Source: a virus
Virus record (IMG/VR): IMGVR_UViG_3300019776_000919
Location: 105,714-169,713 of that record
Length of the DNA: 64,000 nucleotides
Strand: one strand, 5' to 3'
Both the position numbers and the translations under genes were made by a program. Under the pieces are notes generated by a model. That model was not told the DNA's origin. It saw only the letters and a program-made list of their open reading frames with translations, and made no database searches. Shown here in pieces: positions 8,589 through 19,211 of the stretch (its first letter is position 1; each line of letters begins with the position of its first letter).

Positions 8589-10403
8589 ATGTCTTCTTTA
8601 AATCAACCCCCATTAACCCCAGGTTTTGGTAATTACAGCGGCCTAGCAGGGGGCAGTCACGCACAGACAAAAAATCCCTTCTATTCAGTAGGTAATCAAT
8701 TCCTACCTAGAAATCTTCACGATGTTATTAAGTGGGTTAGATTTATTACTGTTCAAAGCCCGGTAACTACCGAGGTTTTACGTAAGCTATCTACTTATCC
8801 AATCACTAAGTTCACTTACGACATCAAGGACCCTGCTTTAAAAGACAAGTATGAAAACATAGCTAAAAGCTTTAAGCTCAAGTCTGTGCTTCATGATATT
8901 GGTTTTCAATATCACACACTTGGAAATGTCTTCATCAGTGTTAATTTCCCTATTCAACGTTTTTATGCTTGCCCTACTGAAGGGTGTGGAGCTTCTTTCT
9001 CCGCTTCAAAGGCGTCGTTCTTGACTTTTAAGAACTACTCTATGAAAGGGGTTTGTCCTAAATGCACAAACGACAATATCTTCAGGAGAGTTGATACTAA
9101 GAGTACCAATATTGATGACATGAACGTCATTGTGTGGGACCCTGTAAATATCTCTGTTAACAATAATCCTATTACTGGGAAGAGTGAGTACTATTACACT
9201 ATCCCGAATGAAATAAAAAGAAAAATCCAAGAAGGCGACAGATTCCTTCTAGATTCTATACCTTGGGAATTCGTAGAAGCTGTTAAAGAGAAAAAACAAT
9301 TTAAATTTGAAAGCAATAGAATATTTCACCTGAAGAATCTGGACATGGGTTTTTCAGTGAACGGAATCTCTGTCCCCCCTCTCGTTAGTCATTTCAGTTT
9401 GGTTTTCTATCAAGCCACGTTGCGTAAAGCGAATGAGAGCATTGCTACTGACTTCATGGCTCCACTTAGAGTAATTTATCCTCAACCTCAAACTGCCAAT
9501 TCTGACCCCGTTGTAAGCTTATCAATGAGAAACTTCTCCAATAGGATGGAAGAAGCTATGATTAAACATAAGCAAGACAATAACCACGTTCTTATTGCCC
9601 CGGTACCTATCGGGTATCAAGCAGTTAGCGGGGAAGGTAAGACTTTGTTGGTTAATCAAGAAATTGCTCAAGCTGAGGAATCTTTGCTATTGAGCATGGG
9701 TGTAAGTAGAGAATTGCTTAGTGGCACGACTAATTGGACCAGCTCTACTGTTGGTTTAAGAATGTTGAAGAATACATTGGATAGTTATGTTAATCAAATC
9801 CTTGAGCTATTGGACTGGATTTTTTCAACTAGCGCTACTTATTTAAATTTGCCTGTACGTAAGGTTGGACTTACTCCATTCCAACTTACGGATGATGATG
9901 CACTGAAAAGCATTCTGATTCAATTAACCCAGTCGGGTAATGTATCCATGACTACGATCTATGAATCGATGGGTAGGTCATATGAAGAAGAACTTGATCG
10001 TATTCGTGAAGAAGCTAAATTAAAGGCCCGTAATGACGTTCGTCAACAATTCGAAGTTGAACAAGCTCAGTACCTAGAAGGTTTAGAGATCAATAAGGAA
10101 AACAAGAAAGACGATGGATACATGGATGTACTTAAAATGTGTCAAGACATGGCTTCTCAACTTATCAATGCAGATGAGGGTACTACTCGTCAGGTCTTGA
10201 ATGAATTGAAAGTAACGGACTACGCTAAATACTTGATGGTATCCAAGTTAATAGAAGAAGGTAGAAAAACTCAAACCTTGCAAACTGATCAAGAGCTAGC
10301 GGCTCAAGCGCAGGATCCTAATTCCCCGAATGCCCCTAAGGGTGCGGATCCCGCGTCAAATCAAAGCACCGGGGGTCAACCTCAAGGTGACGCACCTGTT
10401 TAA
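8589..10403 (+). CDS. putative portal protein with Zn-ribbon insertion
   Basis: Portal-like pattern (GNVFIS; IFHLK..G..PP; LRKANESIA..APLRVI), helical C-terminus, first gene of the + strand virion block; CPTEGC...CPKC. Confidence 0.6.
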   Translation: MSSLNQPPLTPGFGNYSGLAGGSHAQTKNPFYSVGNQFLPRNLHDVIKWVRFITVQSPVTTEVLRKLSTYPITKFTYDIKDPALKDKYENIAKSFKLKSVLHDIGFQYHTLGNVFISVNFPIQRFYACPTEGCGASFSASKASFLTFKNYSMKGVCPKCTNDNIFRRVDTKSTNIDDMNVIVWDPVNISVNNNPITGKSEYYYTIPNEIKRKIQEGDRFLLDSIPWEFVEAVKEKKQFKFESNRIFHLKNLDMGFSVNGISVPPLVSHFSLVFYQATLRKANESIATDFMAPLRVIYPQPQTANSDPVVSLSMRNFSNRMEEAMIKHKQDNNHVLIAPVPIGYQAVSGEGKTLLVNQEIAQAEESLLLSMGVSRELLSGTTNWTSSTVGLRMLKNTLDSYVNQILELLDWIFSTSATYLNLPVRKVGLTPFQLTDDDALKSILIQLTQSGNVSMTTIYESMGRSYEEELDRIREEAKLKARNDVRQQFEVEQAQYLEGLEINKENKKDDGYMDVLKMCQDMASQLINADEGTTRQVLNELKVTDYAKYLMVSKLIEEGRKTQTLQTDQELAAQAQDPNSPNAPKGADPASNQSTGGQPQGDAPV

Positions 10404-10416
10404 TACGTAATTTATA

Positions 10417-10704
10417 ATGGAATCACTTCAAAATCTAGACATAAAAACCAAGGGGAGTGCTACTCCTCTTTCAGCGTCTGCCGTACCTGGTTTTTTACCT
10501 TCGAATAAAAACGGAAATCTAAATAAGTTCAGGGTCCGATATCAGAAACTGAATATGGATGAACTCCCTGATATTGCCGAATTGGAAAAGATTGAAACTA
10601 GAGCAATCCATAATGAAGGTTGCTATATTCTTTCCAAGAAAGAGTTCCTGTTTATGGATAAGGTACTTATCCTAGTTCAATACTTAGAAGAAATTAAAGA
10701 ATAA
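10417..10704 (+). CDS. hypothetical protein
   Basis: 95 aa ORF between the portal and RNAP beta genes. Confidence 0.7.
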   Translation: MESLQNLDIKTKGSATPLSASAVPGFLPSNKNGNLNKFRVRYQKLNMDELPDIAELEKIETRAIHNEGCYILSKKEFLFMDKVLILVQYLEEIKE

Positions 10705-10706
10705 AC

Positions 10707-13700
10707 ATGACTGATAAAATCAATGCCGTAACTGGAGATAAGTTAACTTATATCTTCTCGTCACCTAAGGAGATTAATGACAAGGTTGATAAAGTTCTAG
10801 TTAAAGGTTTGTCCACTCAGTTCCCAGTGGAAGGTAAGCACTTTCGTTTGGAAGTAGATAACATCCGTGCTGAAAGAAAGAACTATTCTCACGACGATGA
10901 AAAAACAGCTATCCTTCAGAGTAAGAGTCTGACGTACCCTATTAAAGCTAGGCTTAAACTTATTCGTAAAGACACCGGAGAGGTCGTAGATCAGAATCCT
11001 GACTTTACGCTTATGGATGGTTTCCATATGACTGAGAAGCATACTCTGCTCTATAAAGGTAATAACTACGGCGTTGCTAATCAATTACAATTGCTGCCCG
11101 GGGTTTATACCCGTATCGATAACGTGGGTGGGTTAGAGAGTCACTTTAACACTGGCTCAGGTAGAAGCTTTAAGGTTGAACTAGACCCCCAAACCGAACT
11201 TTTTACCATCACTCCTGATGGAACTAGTTCTAAGATTCCTGTTACTCCTCTACTTACTAAAGTATTCGGAGTAGGCCCTTTAGTAGCCAGCAAATACTTC
11301 TCTCCTGAAATCTGGGACAATAACGTTGCTGCTACTGCAGGTAAGGATGACCGCTTTGTAGCAGATCTCTATAGAAAACTAGTTTCTACTTCTAAACAAG
11401 ATCCTCATGCTTCTGTCCCTAAGATGGCTGAACAGCTGAGAGAATCTTTGGCTTCGTCTAAGCTTCACGCTAAGACTACTTTGGCTACGTTAGGGAAGTC
11501 GTTTGAAGGTATCAACGAAGAGACTATTCTTTTGGCGATGAAGAATCTAGCTGATACCGCTAGTAATAAGCGTAAAGAAGATAACCGTGACTCCCTGCAA
11601 TTTAAACGCGTTCAGAATCTTCCGGATTTCCTTAATACTCGTTTCTCTAAAGAGCACCAAGTTGTTAAGTTAATCAAGAGTAGAATGGCCCGGGAACTGG
11701 ATCGTATTAATCCTGAAAAACCCACGCTAAAAAATAGCTTAGTACCTAAGCCTTTCAACAAGTTCCTGTCCGGTTACCTCATGGATAGTAACCTAGTTGC
11801 TACCCCGCAAGAAACCAATCCTTTGGAGAGCATTGAAAACGTTGCTAAGGTAACTGTGTTAGGTGCTGGTGAAGGTGGTATCTCCTCTGATAGAGGCGTA
11901 CCTATCAGTGCCCGAGACATTGACCCATCCCATTTAGGTATCATTGACCCTAGCCGTACACCTGAAAGTGGACACGCTGGTATTGACCAGCGGTTTACCA
12001 TTACTGCAAGACGTGACGATGACGGTAATCTTTACGCTAGAGTAAAGGATAATAATGGCAAGATCAAATTCTTAAGTACTCAAGATATGATGTCTAGTAC
12101 TATCGGATTCCCCCATCAAGAACACAAGGGTAAGGTACAGGCTCAGATCAAAGGCGAATTGGGAGCTTGCGATGCTTCTGAAGTGGATTATTGGTTAGGT
12201 GACACCACTGACATGTACACAGTTACTACTAACTTAGTTCCATTCTTGAATAGCAACAGTCCGGGTAGACTTACTATGGCTGGTAAAGCTATTCCTCAAG
12301 CGCTGAGTCTGGTCAATAGAGAGGAGCCACTTGTTCAAACTACTAATGAGCATGGATTACCTTTTGTTAAATTACTAGCTAAGCTGGGAACTACTGTTGC
12401 CCCTCATGCGGGTACGGTCATGAAGGTTGATGGTAACTCAGTAGTTATCAAATCCCCTGAGGGAAAACTCACTTCTGTAAAAGCAGTTAAGAATCTTCCT
12501 TTTAATATGAAGGGTTTCCATGACGATGAAACTCCTTTGGTTAAAGTCGGAGATACTGTTCAGGAGCATGATCAACTATACGAGAGTAACTACACTAAGA
12601 ATGGAACTCTTGCCTTGGGTAAGAACTTAGAAGTAGCATATATTCCCTGGAAGGGTTATAACCACGAAGACGGATTGGTAATTAGCCAGTCTATAGCTGA
12701 CGGTTTATCTAGCCATCATGCTTATAAAGTTGACTATGAAATCAGCAACGAGTCTGTTCCTAAGAAAGCTTTGTTGGCCCGTTACTTCCCTGGTAAGTTG
12801 ACCAAAGAGCAACTAGACAAGCTCGATGATCGAGGTTTTGCTAAACCCGGCGTTACTCTTGAGCATGGAGACCCTGTATTTGCCGTTCTGGAGCATCGTG
12901 AGCCTACGCCTAGTGATAAGATGCTGGGTCGCTTACATAAGAGCTTAGTGACACCATACAAGCTCATTACTGAAGTATGGAATCATGATGAAGTCGGTAA
13001 GGTTGTTGATGCCCATACTGCAAGTAAGCAGGTTAGATTCATTATCCGTTCTGTAAAGAGTTTAGAAATTGGAGATAAGCTGACTGGACTACATGGCAAT
13101 AAGGGTATCGTATCTTTGATACTCCCTGACTCAAAGATGCCTTACAATAAGAACACTGGTAAGCCGGTTGACATTCTTTTGAACCCTGCTTCCGTTACTT
13201 CACGGGTTAACTTGGGGCAGCTCATGGAAACTGCAGCGGCTAAGATTGCTAAAGCTACTGGTAAGCCATATATGATCCATAACTTTAGTAAAGGTTCTAA
13301 CGTAGCCGAGCTTCAAGAAGAGCTAAAAAAACACGGGTTGTCTGATGCTGAGGATATTGTAGATCCGGAAACGAATCGTACATTGGGTAACATCCTTACC
13401 GGCCCCCAGTACTTTATTAAACTTTATAAAACGTCTGATCAAAACTGGTCGGCTAGAAATACTGGTGGGTATGATGCTAACAATCAACCTACTAAGGGTG
13501 GTGAAGAAGGGTCTAAGAGCGTAGGCTACATGGAAATGCTCGGTTTAATGGGTTCTAATGCTAGAAAGAATCTGAAAGAAATCGCTACCATTAAGAGTGA
13601 AAACAACCAGGAGTATTGGGATAAGTTTTTACAAGGTCAACCTCTACCTAAACCCAAAACTACGTTTGTATCTAAGAAGTTCTTAGATTATCTAACTGCA

Positions 13701-14099
13701 TCAGGCATCAAGACCACTATTCGTGATGGCGTTATTAAAGCTACCCCTTTGACAGACAAAGACATCCTTGCTATGTCAAATGGAGCTATTAAGAATTCAT
13801 CGATGATCAATGCTAAAACCTTAGGTCCTGACAAGGGTGGATTGTTTGACCCTGCGGTTACTGGTGGATTGGATGGAGAGAAATGGGCTCATTATAAGCT
13901 CGTTGAACCTATTCCTAATCCGTTGATGGAAAGACCCATTAAATCTGTTTTGGGTTTATCAACAAAGGATTTCGAAGACATTACCTTAGGTAAGATCGGA
14001 GTACATCGGGAGGGTGATGTGTTTCATTTACACGATATAGATACTGGCAACAGAATTAAATCTGTTAAAATATCTGCTCTAAATACTGCAGCAGAATAA
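10707..14099 (+). CDS. rpoB: RNA polymerase beta-like subunit fused to a beta' N-terminal segment
   Basis: ARDIDPSHLG..DPSRTPES, GYNHEDG, GDKLTGLHGNKG, NPASVTSRVNLGQLME; C-terminal GGLFDP..TGG...WAHYKL..P matches beta' region A. Confidence 0.92.
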   Translation: MTDKINAVTGDKLTYIFSSPKEINDKVDKVLVKGLSTQFPVEGKHFRLEVDNIRAERKNYSHDDEKTAILQSKSLTYPIKARLKLIRKDTGEVVDQNPDFTLMDGFHMTEKHTLLYKGNNYGVANQLQLLPGVYTRIDNVGGLESHFNTGSGRSFKVELDPQTELFTITPDGTSSKIPVTPLLTKVFGVGPLVASKYFSPEIWDNNVAATAGKDDRFVADLYRKLVSTSKQDPHASVPKMAEQLRESLASSKLHAKTTLATLGKSFEGINEETILLAMKNLADTASNKRKEDNRDSLQFKRVQNLPDFLNTRFSKEHQVVKLIKSRMARELDRINPEKPTLKNSLVPKPFNKFLSGYLMDSNLVATPQETNPLESIENVAKVTVLGAGEGGISSDRGVPISARDIDPSHLGIIDPSRTPESGHAGIDQRFTITARRDDDGNLYARVKDNNGKIKFLSTQDMMSSTIGFPHQEHKGKVQAQIKGELGACDASEVDYWLGDTTDMYTVTTNLVPFLNSNSPGRLTMAGKAIPQALSLVNREEPLVQTTNEHGLPFVKLLAKLGTTVAPHAGTVMKVDGNSVVIKSPEGKLTSVKAVKNLPFNMKGFHDDETPLVKVGDTVQEHDQLYESNYTKNGTLALGKNLEVAYIPWKGYNHEDGLVISQSIADGLSSHHAYKVDYEISNESVPKKALLARYFPGKLTKEQLDKLDDRGFAKPGVTLEHGDPVFAVLEHREPTPSDKMLGRLHKSLVTPYKLITEVWNHDEVGKVVDAHTASKQVRFIIRSVKSLEIGDKLTGLHGNKGIVSLILPDSKMPYNKNTGKPVDILLNPASVTSRVNLGQLMETAAAKIAKATGKPYMIHNFSKGSNVAELQEELKKHGLSDAEDIVDPETNRTLGNILTGPQYFIKLYKTSDQNWSARNTGGYDANNQPTKGGEEGSKSVGYMEMLGLMGSNARKNLKEIATIKSENNQEYWDKFLQGQPLPKPKTTFVSKKFLDYLTASGIKTTIRDGVIKATPLTDKDILAMSNGAIKNSSMINAKTLGPDKGGLFDPAVTGGLDGEKWAHYKLVEPIPNPLMERPIKSVLGLSTKDFEDITLGKIGVHREGDVFHLHDIDTGNRIKSVKISALNTAAE

Positions 14100-14102
14100 T
14101 CT

Positions 14103-14130
14103 AAAAAAAGGAGGGTACGCCCTCCTTATT
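14103..14130. terminator. hairpin terminator between convergent genes
   Basis: AAGGAGGG-TACG-CCCTCCTT with a T-tract on the - strand. Confidence 0.75.
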
Positions 14131-14137
14131 CACATGC

Positions 14138-14353
14138 TTACTCTATATATCTATCTTCATTTGCAATTTCAATATCAATTGCATCTTCACGAAGCATGTC
14201 GTCCACCTGAGAGAGCCTCAACTTATTTATCTGTCTATTATCAGAACACAACTTGCAATTTCCATGGTTCCTACAACTTCTATCAAATCTTTTAGATCCC
14301 CGATACTCTTCTCTATCTTCTTTCCCGTATTTGATTGATTTATTTAGAGTCAT
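14138..14353 (-). CDS. small Cys/His hypothetical protein
   Basis: RGSKRFDRSCRNHGNCKLC pattern; fills the gap between RNAP genes. Confidence 0.65.
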   Translation of the reverse strand: MTLNKSIKYGKEDREEYRGSKRFDRSCRNHGNCKLCSDNRQINKLRLSQVDDMLREDAIDIEIANEDRYIE

Positions 14354-14396
14354 ATTATTTGTTCAAAATGAGGTAAAATTGTAAGGGATAATTCAA

Positions 14397-15551
14397 ATGA
14401 ATACAATAGATACCGATAGCTTAGTTACCGGCGGAGCAGCAATCAGAGATATGCTTTCTGCTATAGATGTCAAGTCTCAATTAGAAACTCTAAAAAAAGA
14501 TGTTTTGACTATTAAATCAACGTCTAAAAAAGACGCTATGATTAGGAAGATTAAATATCTTCACAGTCTGGATCAAATGGATAAAAAGCCTGATGACGCT
14601 TACATCCTGAACTACATGCCTGTCATCCCTCCTGTCAACCGTAGAACTTTATTCAAGGCTGGAAATCGTGCTGAACATGCAGATGTTACAACTTTGTATA
14701 AGGACCACATGCTAGTTAATAGCAAACTTGGTGAAATTAAGGACGACGTTGAAGGTTCGGAATTAAAAGATCAAAGAGCTGATTTGTACAACGGCGCTAA
14801 AGCCGTGATGGGATTAGGAGATGCTATCACTGGATCCAGTAGAGGAAAAACCCTTAAAGGTTTCTTGAAGCAGATTGCAGGAGAAACTGGTCCTAAGACA
14901 GGTTTTTTCCAAGCCAAAATTTTAAGTAAGAAGCAAGACTTTTCGGGTAGAGCTACTATTTACGCTGAACCCAATCTTGGCTTTAATGAAATCGCTTGCC
15001 CCGAAGATATGATCTGGGCTATGTATGAGTTTCACATCATTCGAGATTTAGTTAAGAACGGATATACTTATCCGGATGCTAAAAAAGCGGTTGAAAGTAG
15101 AAATGCGTCGGCACAATCTACTTTCAACAAGCTTATTAAGCAGATACCCATTATTGCTAACAGAGCACCTACTCTAATGCAAAGCAACATCACTGCTCAT
15201 TTCCCTGTGCCTATTAAAGGTAAAACATTGGGTATCAATCCGATACACTTACCAATGTACGCAGGGGACTTTGACGGCGATGCTTTAACGGTACACGTAC
15301 CGATTACTCCAGAGGCAATTGACGAGGCTAGAAGGAAGTTGCTTCCTGAGCATCACATGTACGACTTCCGTACAGGTTTGGGAAAATCTCTTATCGCCCC
15401 TGGTCACGAAGCCATTTTAGGATCACACTACTTGACTGATCCAGATATGACTCAGAACGTCAGAGAATTTGATTCTGAAGCGGATGTGTTAAAAGCCCTT
15501 GAAAAAGGTGAGATTCAAAAGAATACACCCATCAAGTTACGTGGCTCTTAA
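14397..15551 (+). CDS. rpoC: RNA polymerase beta' catalytic (middle) subunit
   Basis: KKQDFSGRATI, NRAPTL, catalytic YAGDFDGD. Confidence 0.92.
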   Translation: MNTIDTDSLVTGGAAIRDMLSAIDVKSQLETLKKDVLTIKSTSKKDAMIRKIKYLHSLDQMDKKPDDAYILNYMPVIPPVNRRTLFKAGNRAEHADVTTLYKDHMLVNSKLGEIKDDVEGSELKDQRADLYNGAKAVMGLGDAITGSSRGKTLKGFLKQIAGETGPKTGFFQAKILSKKQDFSGRATIYAEPNLGFNEIACPEDMIWAMYEFHIIRDLVKNGYTYPDAKKAVESRNASAQSTFNKLIKQIPIIANRAPTLMQSNITAHFPVPIKGKTLGINPIHLPMYAGDFDGDALTVHVPITPEAIDEARRKLLPEHHMYDFRTGLGKSLIAPGHEAILGSHYLTDPDMTQNVREFDSEADVLKALEKGEIQKNTPIKLRGS

Positions 15552-15796
15552 TTACCGAATCCAGTAGAGCTTTGTTGATTATCCGATCCAGTACCAAACC
15601 CTGATTGCACGTTACGTACAGAAGGGTTTGATCTAGGTTTAGGAACAGTGATAGCAAGCCGACTGGCCTTTGCTGCTATCGTTCCCCTGGATTTAGGAAT
15701 AACCTTTACTGCGTCTTGCAAACCGTTTCCGTTTTGGTACGCGTTTTTCAAAGCTTCAATCTCTGACTGTGTCCAGAAATAAGAAGAGTTTCCCAT
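15548..15796 (-). CDS. small Myb/HTH-like DNA-binding protein
   Basis: WTQSEIEALK...KSRGTIAAKASRL pattern. Confidence 0.55.
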   Translation of the reverse strand: MGNSSYFWTQSEIEALKNAYQNGNGLQDAVKVIPKSRGTIAAKASRLAITVPKPRSNPSVRNVQSGFGTGSDNQQSSTGFGN

Positions 15797-15799
15797 GTG

Positions 15800-17158
15800 T
15801 TACACCGCCGACAGATAAGAGGTGTAATCGACAGTACGTTCAGCCACCTTAGTCAGGACAAGAACTACATTATCTTTTGTCTTGTACACAAACTCACCCG
15901 TATCTGCATTGATGGAGTGAACGTCTTTCTGGGTAAACGTGAAAATATCAGATTCTAAAATATCTGACAGAGCGACACTGAGAGTCGGTTTACCATTGAT
16001 AAATACGTTGTTAAAACTAAACTCCGGGTACTTATCACTAACTGCATTTTCTTGTTCATAGGAAGTCTTGGTTTCGGGGTTTTTCCGAACTTCCTCGTAA
16101 TAAGATGATAGTTCCCGAAACAGTTTTGCATTAAATGCCCCCTCATTGATTCCACCTAATTCAGAATTCAACACTGAAATATTCAGCGGCACCCTGATTT
16201 CAAAATGACAGTGGAAATTGATAGGGTTGATATTTAAAGTCGAATTACTAAGTAGATGGCTAGTAATCGGTTTTTGAAAAGCGGGGTGAATAATTACAGG
16301 TTCAAACCGGGTAACTGCATCTGATTCAGGCTTGGTATTAAGCATTGCAATTGCTTTACCTGCAGGCTCGTTATATAGATTCATTTCCCAGATCAGAGCA
16401 CTGAGAGAATCAAAGTTCAAAGACGAGAACAAGCTGCATACTGAAATCAGATCATTCATATGATCTTTATTCTTCAGATTGTCTTCGGCATATTCTTTGA
16501 CGAACTGATGCGACAAACCTTTGAAATTCAGATGGTAGTGAATCCGGCCCGGACGATTGCGAAGGTGTTGGTTGATCTTCGACAGATCATTGCTGGTAAG
16601 CAGGAACAGCTTCTTCGAGGGAAAAGTACCGTCTAGAACAGTGAGCAATGATTGCTGCTGTTCATCGTTAAATACTTTTTCAAATTCATCAAACAGAATA
16701 ATGCATTCTTGTTGAATAGAATACAGAAACTGAAAGAATTGCTCACCAACAACGGCTTCATTGATGACAAGAGTGGGGATGCCTGCGTTGGCACCTTGAA
16801 TAGAAATCAAACGAGCCAACAGGGTTTTACCACTGCCCTTGAGCCCATCCAGCAGCACACCCAAGTTACCTTTCTTTGATTGATAGGTATTCAGGATGCG
16901 ACTTGCTAAGGCCGGAGTCTCGCCATAAATCCTACCCATCTCCGGAAACGGAGAAGTCATCTCTAAAAAGAAACCCGTCTTGAGAGAAAACTTAACTAGA
17001 TAATTTCCAGCGGGAAGTTTATCGTGGATCGGAGGAGTAGATCCTTTGGTATGAGTGAAGAAATTCATACCTTGTTGGATAAAAGAAACTTGAGTCAAAT
17101 CCCGGATAGTTTCTTTTGAAATTTGAACTTGAATAGAAGTATTTTCGATATTGGACAT
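15800..17158 (-). CDS. AAA+ ATPase
   Basis: GLKGSGKT, LFDEFEK, TSN, NRPGRI. Confidence 0.88.
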   Translation of the reverse strand: MSNIENTSIQVQISKETIRDLTQVSFIQQGMNFFTHTKGSTPPIHDKLPAGNYLVKFSLKTGFFLEMTSPFPEMGRIYGETPALASRILNTYQSKKGNLGVLLDGLKGSGKTLLARLISIQGANAGIPTLVINEAVVGEQFFQFLYSIQQECIILFDEFEKVFNDEQQQSLLTVLDGTFPSKKLFLLTSNDLSKINQHLRNRPGRIHYHLNFKGLSHQFVKEYAEDNLKNKDHMNDLISVCSLFSSLNFDSLSALIWEMNLYNEPAGKAIAMLNTKPESDAVTRFEPVIIHPAFQKPITSHLLSNSTLNINPINFHCHFEIRVPLNISVLNSELGGINEGAFNAKLFRELSSYYEEVRKNPETKTSYEQENAVSDKYPEFSFNNVFINGKPTLSVALSDILESDIFTFTQKDVHSINADTGEFVYKTKDNVVLVLTKVAERTVDYTSYLSAV

Positions 17159-17179
17159 GTACTATTACCTACAAAAAAA

Positions 17180-17554
17180 TTAAACAGCTTCAGGGGCGGG
17201 GTTAACCTTGCACAGGTCACCCATCAATTCAATAGTTTTAGAAAGAGCAATCCTGCGAGCTTTTAGGATACGATCAGGAATCGGTTCTGCGGTATGAATA
17301 CCCAGATTGGAGAATTCAGTTTTTCCAAATACAGGCTTACTGTATTCTGTAATGTCACCAAACACTTTACGGTACTGGTGGAGATGTTCCCACTTCCAGT
17401 TAAAAGTAACAGGGTCAAAATCCCCGGGTTTGGCGATTTCAGGGTGAAGTTTTTCGACTGAACTTAGAATCGCTAAGTCCGGTTCATTGCCCAGCAAAAC
17501 CATTTTTGCTGCAAGTTTATATACTTCAGGATCAGGTTGATTTGTGTTTGTCAT
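17180..17554 (-). CDS. hypothetical protein
   Basis: 124 aa ORF after a TGGTATAAG motif. Confidence 0.7.
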   Translation of the reverse strand: MTNTNQPDPEVYKLAAKMVLLGNEPDLAILSSVEKLHPEIAKPGDFDPVTFNWKWEHLHQYRKVFGDITEYSKPVFGKTEFSNLGIHTAEPIPDRILKARRIALSKTIELMGDLCKVNPAPEAV

Positions 17555-17605
17555 ATTACGCGCGTATAGTAGACTAAAGAAACAAACTAAGTTGTTTACA
17601 ATTGT

Positions 17606-17614
17606 CTTATACCA
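17606..17614 (-). promoter_or_regulatory. TGGTATAAG promoter-like motif
   Basis: Exact copy with upstream TTGTAAT. Confidence 0.65.
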
Positions 17615-17640
17615 CGTAATTACAAATTATGTAATTTGAT

Positions 17641-18525
17641 TTATTCGACGGTGTCAATATCACCATCAGCATCGCCGTTATAAATCGGCATGCGAAGCAT
17701 TTTATGAGCAAGACCCATGGTTTCTACTTGGATAAGTCTACCTATCCAATCCTTGGGATTGTTCCAAGCGTCTATACGTTCATTCCTAGAGAACCCCGAT
17801 CCGACCTTAGCGACTTGCCTGCCAGAAGCATCACAGACTACTACAGCACCCATAGATTGTTTAGGATTCCCATCCTTGTCTATTTCTTGAATGATGTCAG
17901 TTATTTTTAAATTGTAATGTTCTTTGTGCTTTACTTTATATCGAACATTAACATCTTCTGGCTCTGTCAAAGAAGTAATAATAACCCCTTCTTGACCACC
18001 GGCTTTAGTAGAACGTATCAGAGAGTGTATGTCTGAAGGGTTAGAGTATGTTTTTGCAGCGTAGATAAGATCAGGTTTACCGACAATGGATTCTACTCTT
18101 TTCAAATGATCCATTTTATCTTTATAAGTAGGGAAGTCAGGGTTTATTACGTTGTGTAAAACCGCACGGACTGGACCTATTTTGTTTTGTGTATCTATTG
18201 ATCTGGCAGGTAAGGAATTTAGAATACCAGAAACTATCCTATGAGACTCGACATTGGCTTTATTAAAACCCGTATGTATTAATTCTACGTTATATACGTG
18301 ACCCGCAAGTTCCGGATATTTCTTATCTGTTAATTGAGGAAGTTGAAGGGTTCGGTCAGGATAGCCTCCTTTAACAGAAGGACGACGTGATATAAAAGAT
18401 AAACTTCCGTCACTAGACACAGGCATAAAGAAATTAGCCCCGTCATATTTGATTGTAGCAACGGGGTTTCTAATTGACATCCAAGATGTCTCATCTATAT
18501 CCTTGTATTTAGAACGGGAGTACAT
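17641..18525 (-). CDS. minimal ATP-dependent DNA ligase
   Basis: KYDG adenylation motif, EGVII, YKVK, OB-fold KVGSGF...LRMP. Confidence 0.88.
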   Translation of the reverse strand: MYSRSKYKDIDETSWMSIRNPVATIKYDGANFFMPVSSDGSLSFISRRPSVKGGYPDRTLQLPQLTDKKYPELAGHVYNVELIHTGFNKANVESHRIVSGILNSLPARSIDTQNKIGPVRAVLHNVINPDFPTYKDKMDHLKRVESIVGKPDLIYAAKTYSNPSDIHSLIRSTKAGGQEGVIITSLTEPEDVNVRYKVKHKEHYNLKITDIIQEIDKDGNPKQSMGAVVVCDASGRQVAKVGSGFSRNERIDAWNNPKDWIGRLIQVETMGLAHKMLRMPIYNGDADGDIDTVE

Positions 18526-18536
18526 TGCTTATACTA

Positions 18537-18785
18537 TTATTCTGCTCTAGGCTTATCTATTAACAAATGAATACCTTTAGCCATCCCGTATCCAACCGCC
18601 CCGCCAATAAGACCTTCTTTCGGTATTCTGGATATTTTCTGTAATAAGCTTTGATTCTTATAGAAAGGGTGGGTAGCTCCTACTACTGCTCCCGTAAGAC
18701 CTAGCGCGGTCGGGTTTAAAAAGCTTCTATCTGAAATCGGTCTACTAGGTTGATTCTCAGATATTTTAACCAGGTACTTATTCAT
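18537..18785 (-). CDS. small Gly-rich protein with MNKYLVKIS N-terminal tag
   Basis: Tag shared with other proteins; glycine-zipper segments. Confidence 0.75.
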   Translation of the reverse strand: MNKYLVKISENQPSRPISDRSFLNPTALGLTGAVVGATHPFYKNQSLLQKISRIPKEGLIGGAVGYGMAKGIHLLIDKPRAE

Positions 18786-18812
18786 AAGTAATCTTTGATA
18801 AAAAAATGAAAA

Positions 18813-19211
18813 TCAATACTTAGCATGATAATGATCCCCTAATAATTTTGTATATTTATTAGTGAAATCTTTATATGCATATTCATGGCTTGCCACAGGA
18901 TTGCCTAATTTAGCCATATCGCTGGCATATACATCATGTAAAGCTTTGTGATCTTTTTTCAATTCCGGACCATGGACTTTAGAAGTAATAGCGTCAAAAT
19001 ACGCTTGACCACTTATAGACTTACTTTTAGATTTCAATGAAAGTTGTTTTTTTACATTATCGTTATGTCTATTGAAATGCTCTACGTATAAATTGTGTGA
19101 GTCATTCATAAATCTGTTGACTCTATCTTTAACTAAAGCATAATCGACCTTAGGTTCTTCTTTTTTATTGGAAAACGTAATTCCTGCAATTTTTTCTAAA
19201 TATTTATTCAT
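18813..19211 (-). CDS. hypothetical protein with MNKYLEKIA N-terminal tag
   Basis: Tag; ATGA overlap with the upstream helicase gene. Confidence 0.8.
   Translation of the reverse strand: MNKYLEKIAGITFSNKKEEPKVDYALVKDRVNRFMNDSHNLYVEHFNRHNDNVKKQLSLKSKSKSISGQAYFDAITSKVHGPELKKDHKALHDVYASDMAKLGNPVASHEYAYKDFTNKYTKLLGDHYHAKY

Noticed and set aside
14100-14396. Intron splitting the RNAP gene
   Set aside because: No group I/II features seen; the gap holds a terminator, an antisense gene and a TAAAAT plus SD for the next gene
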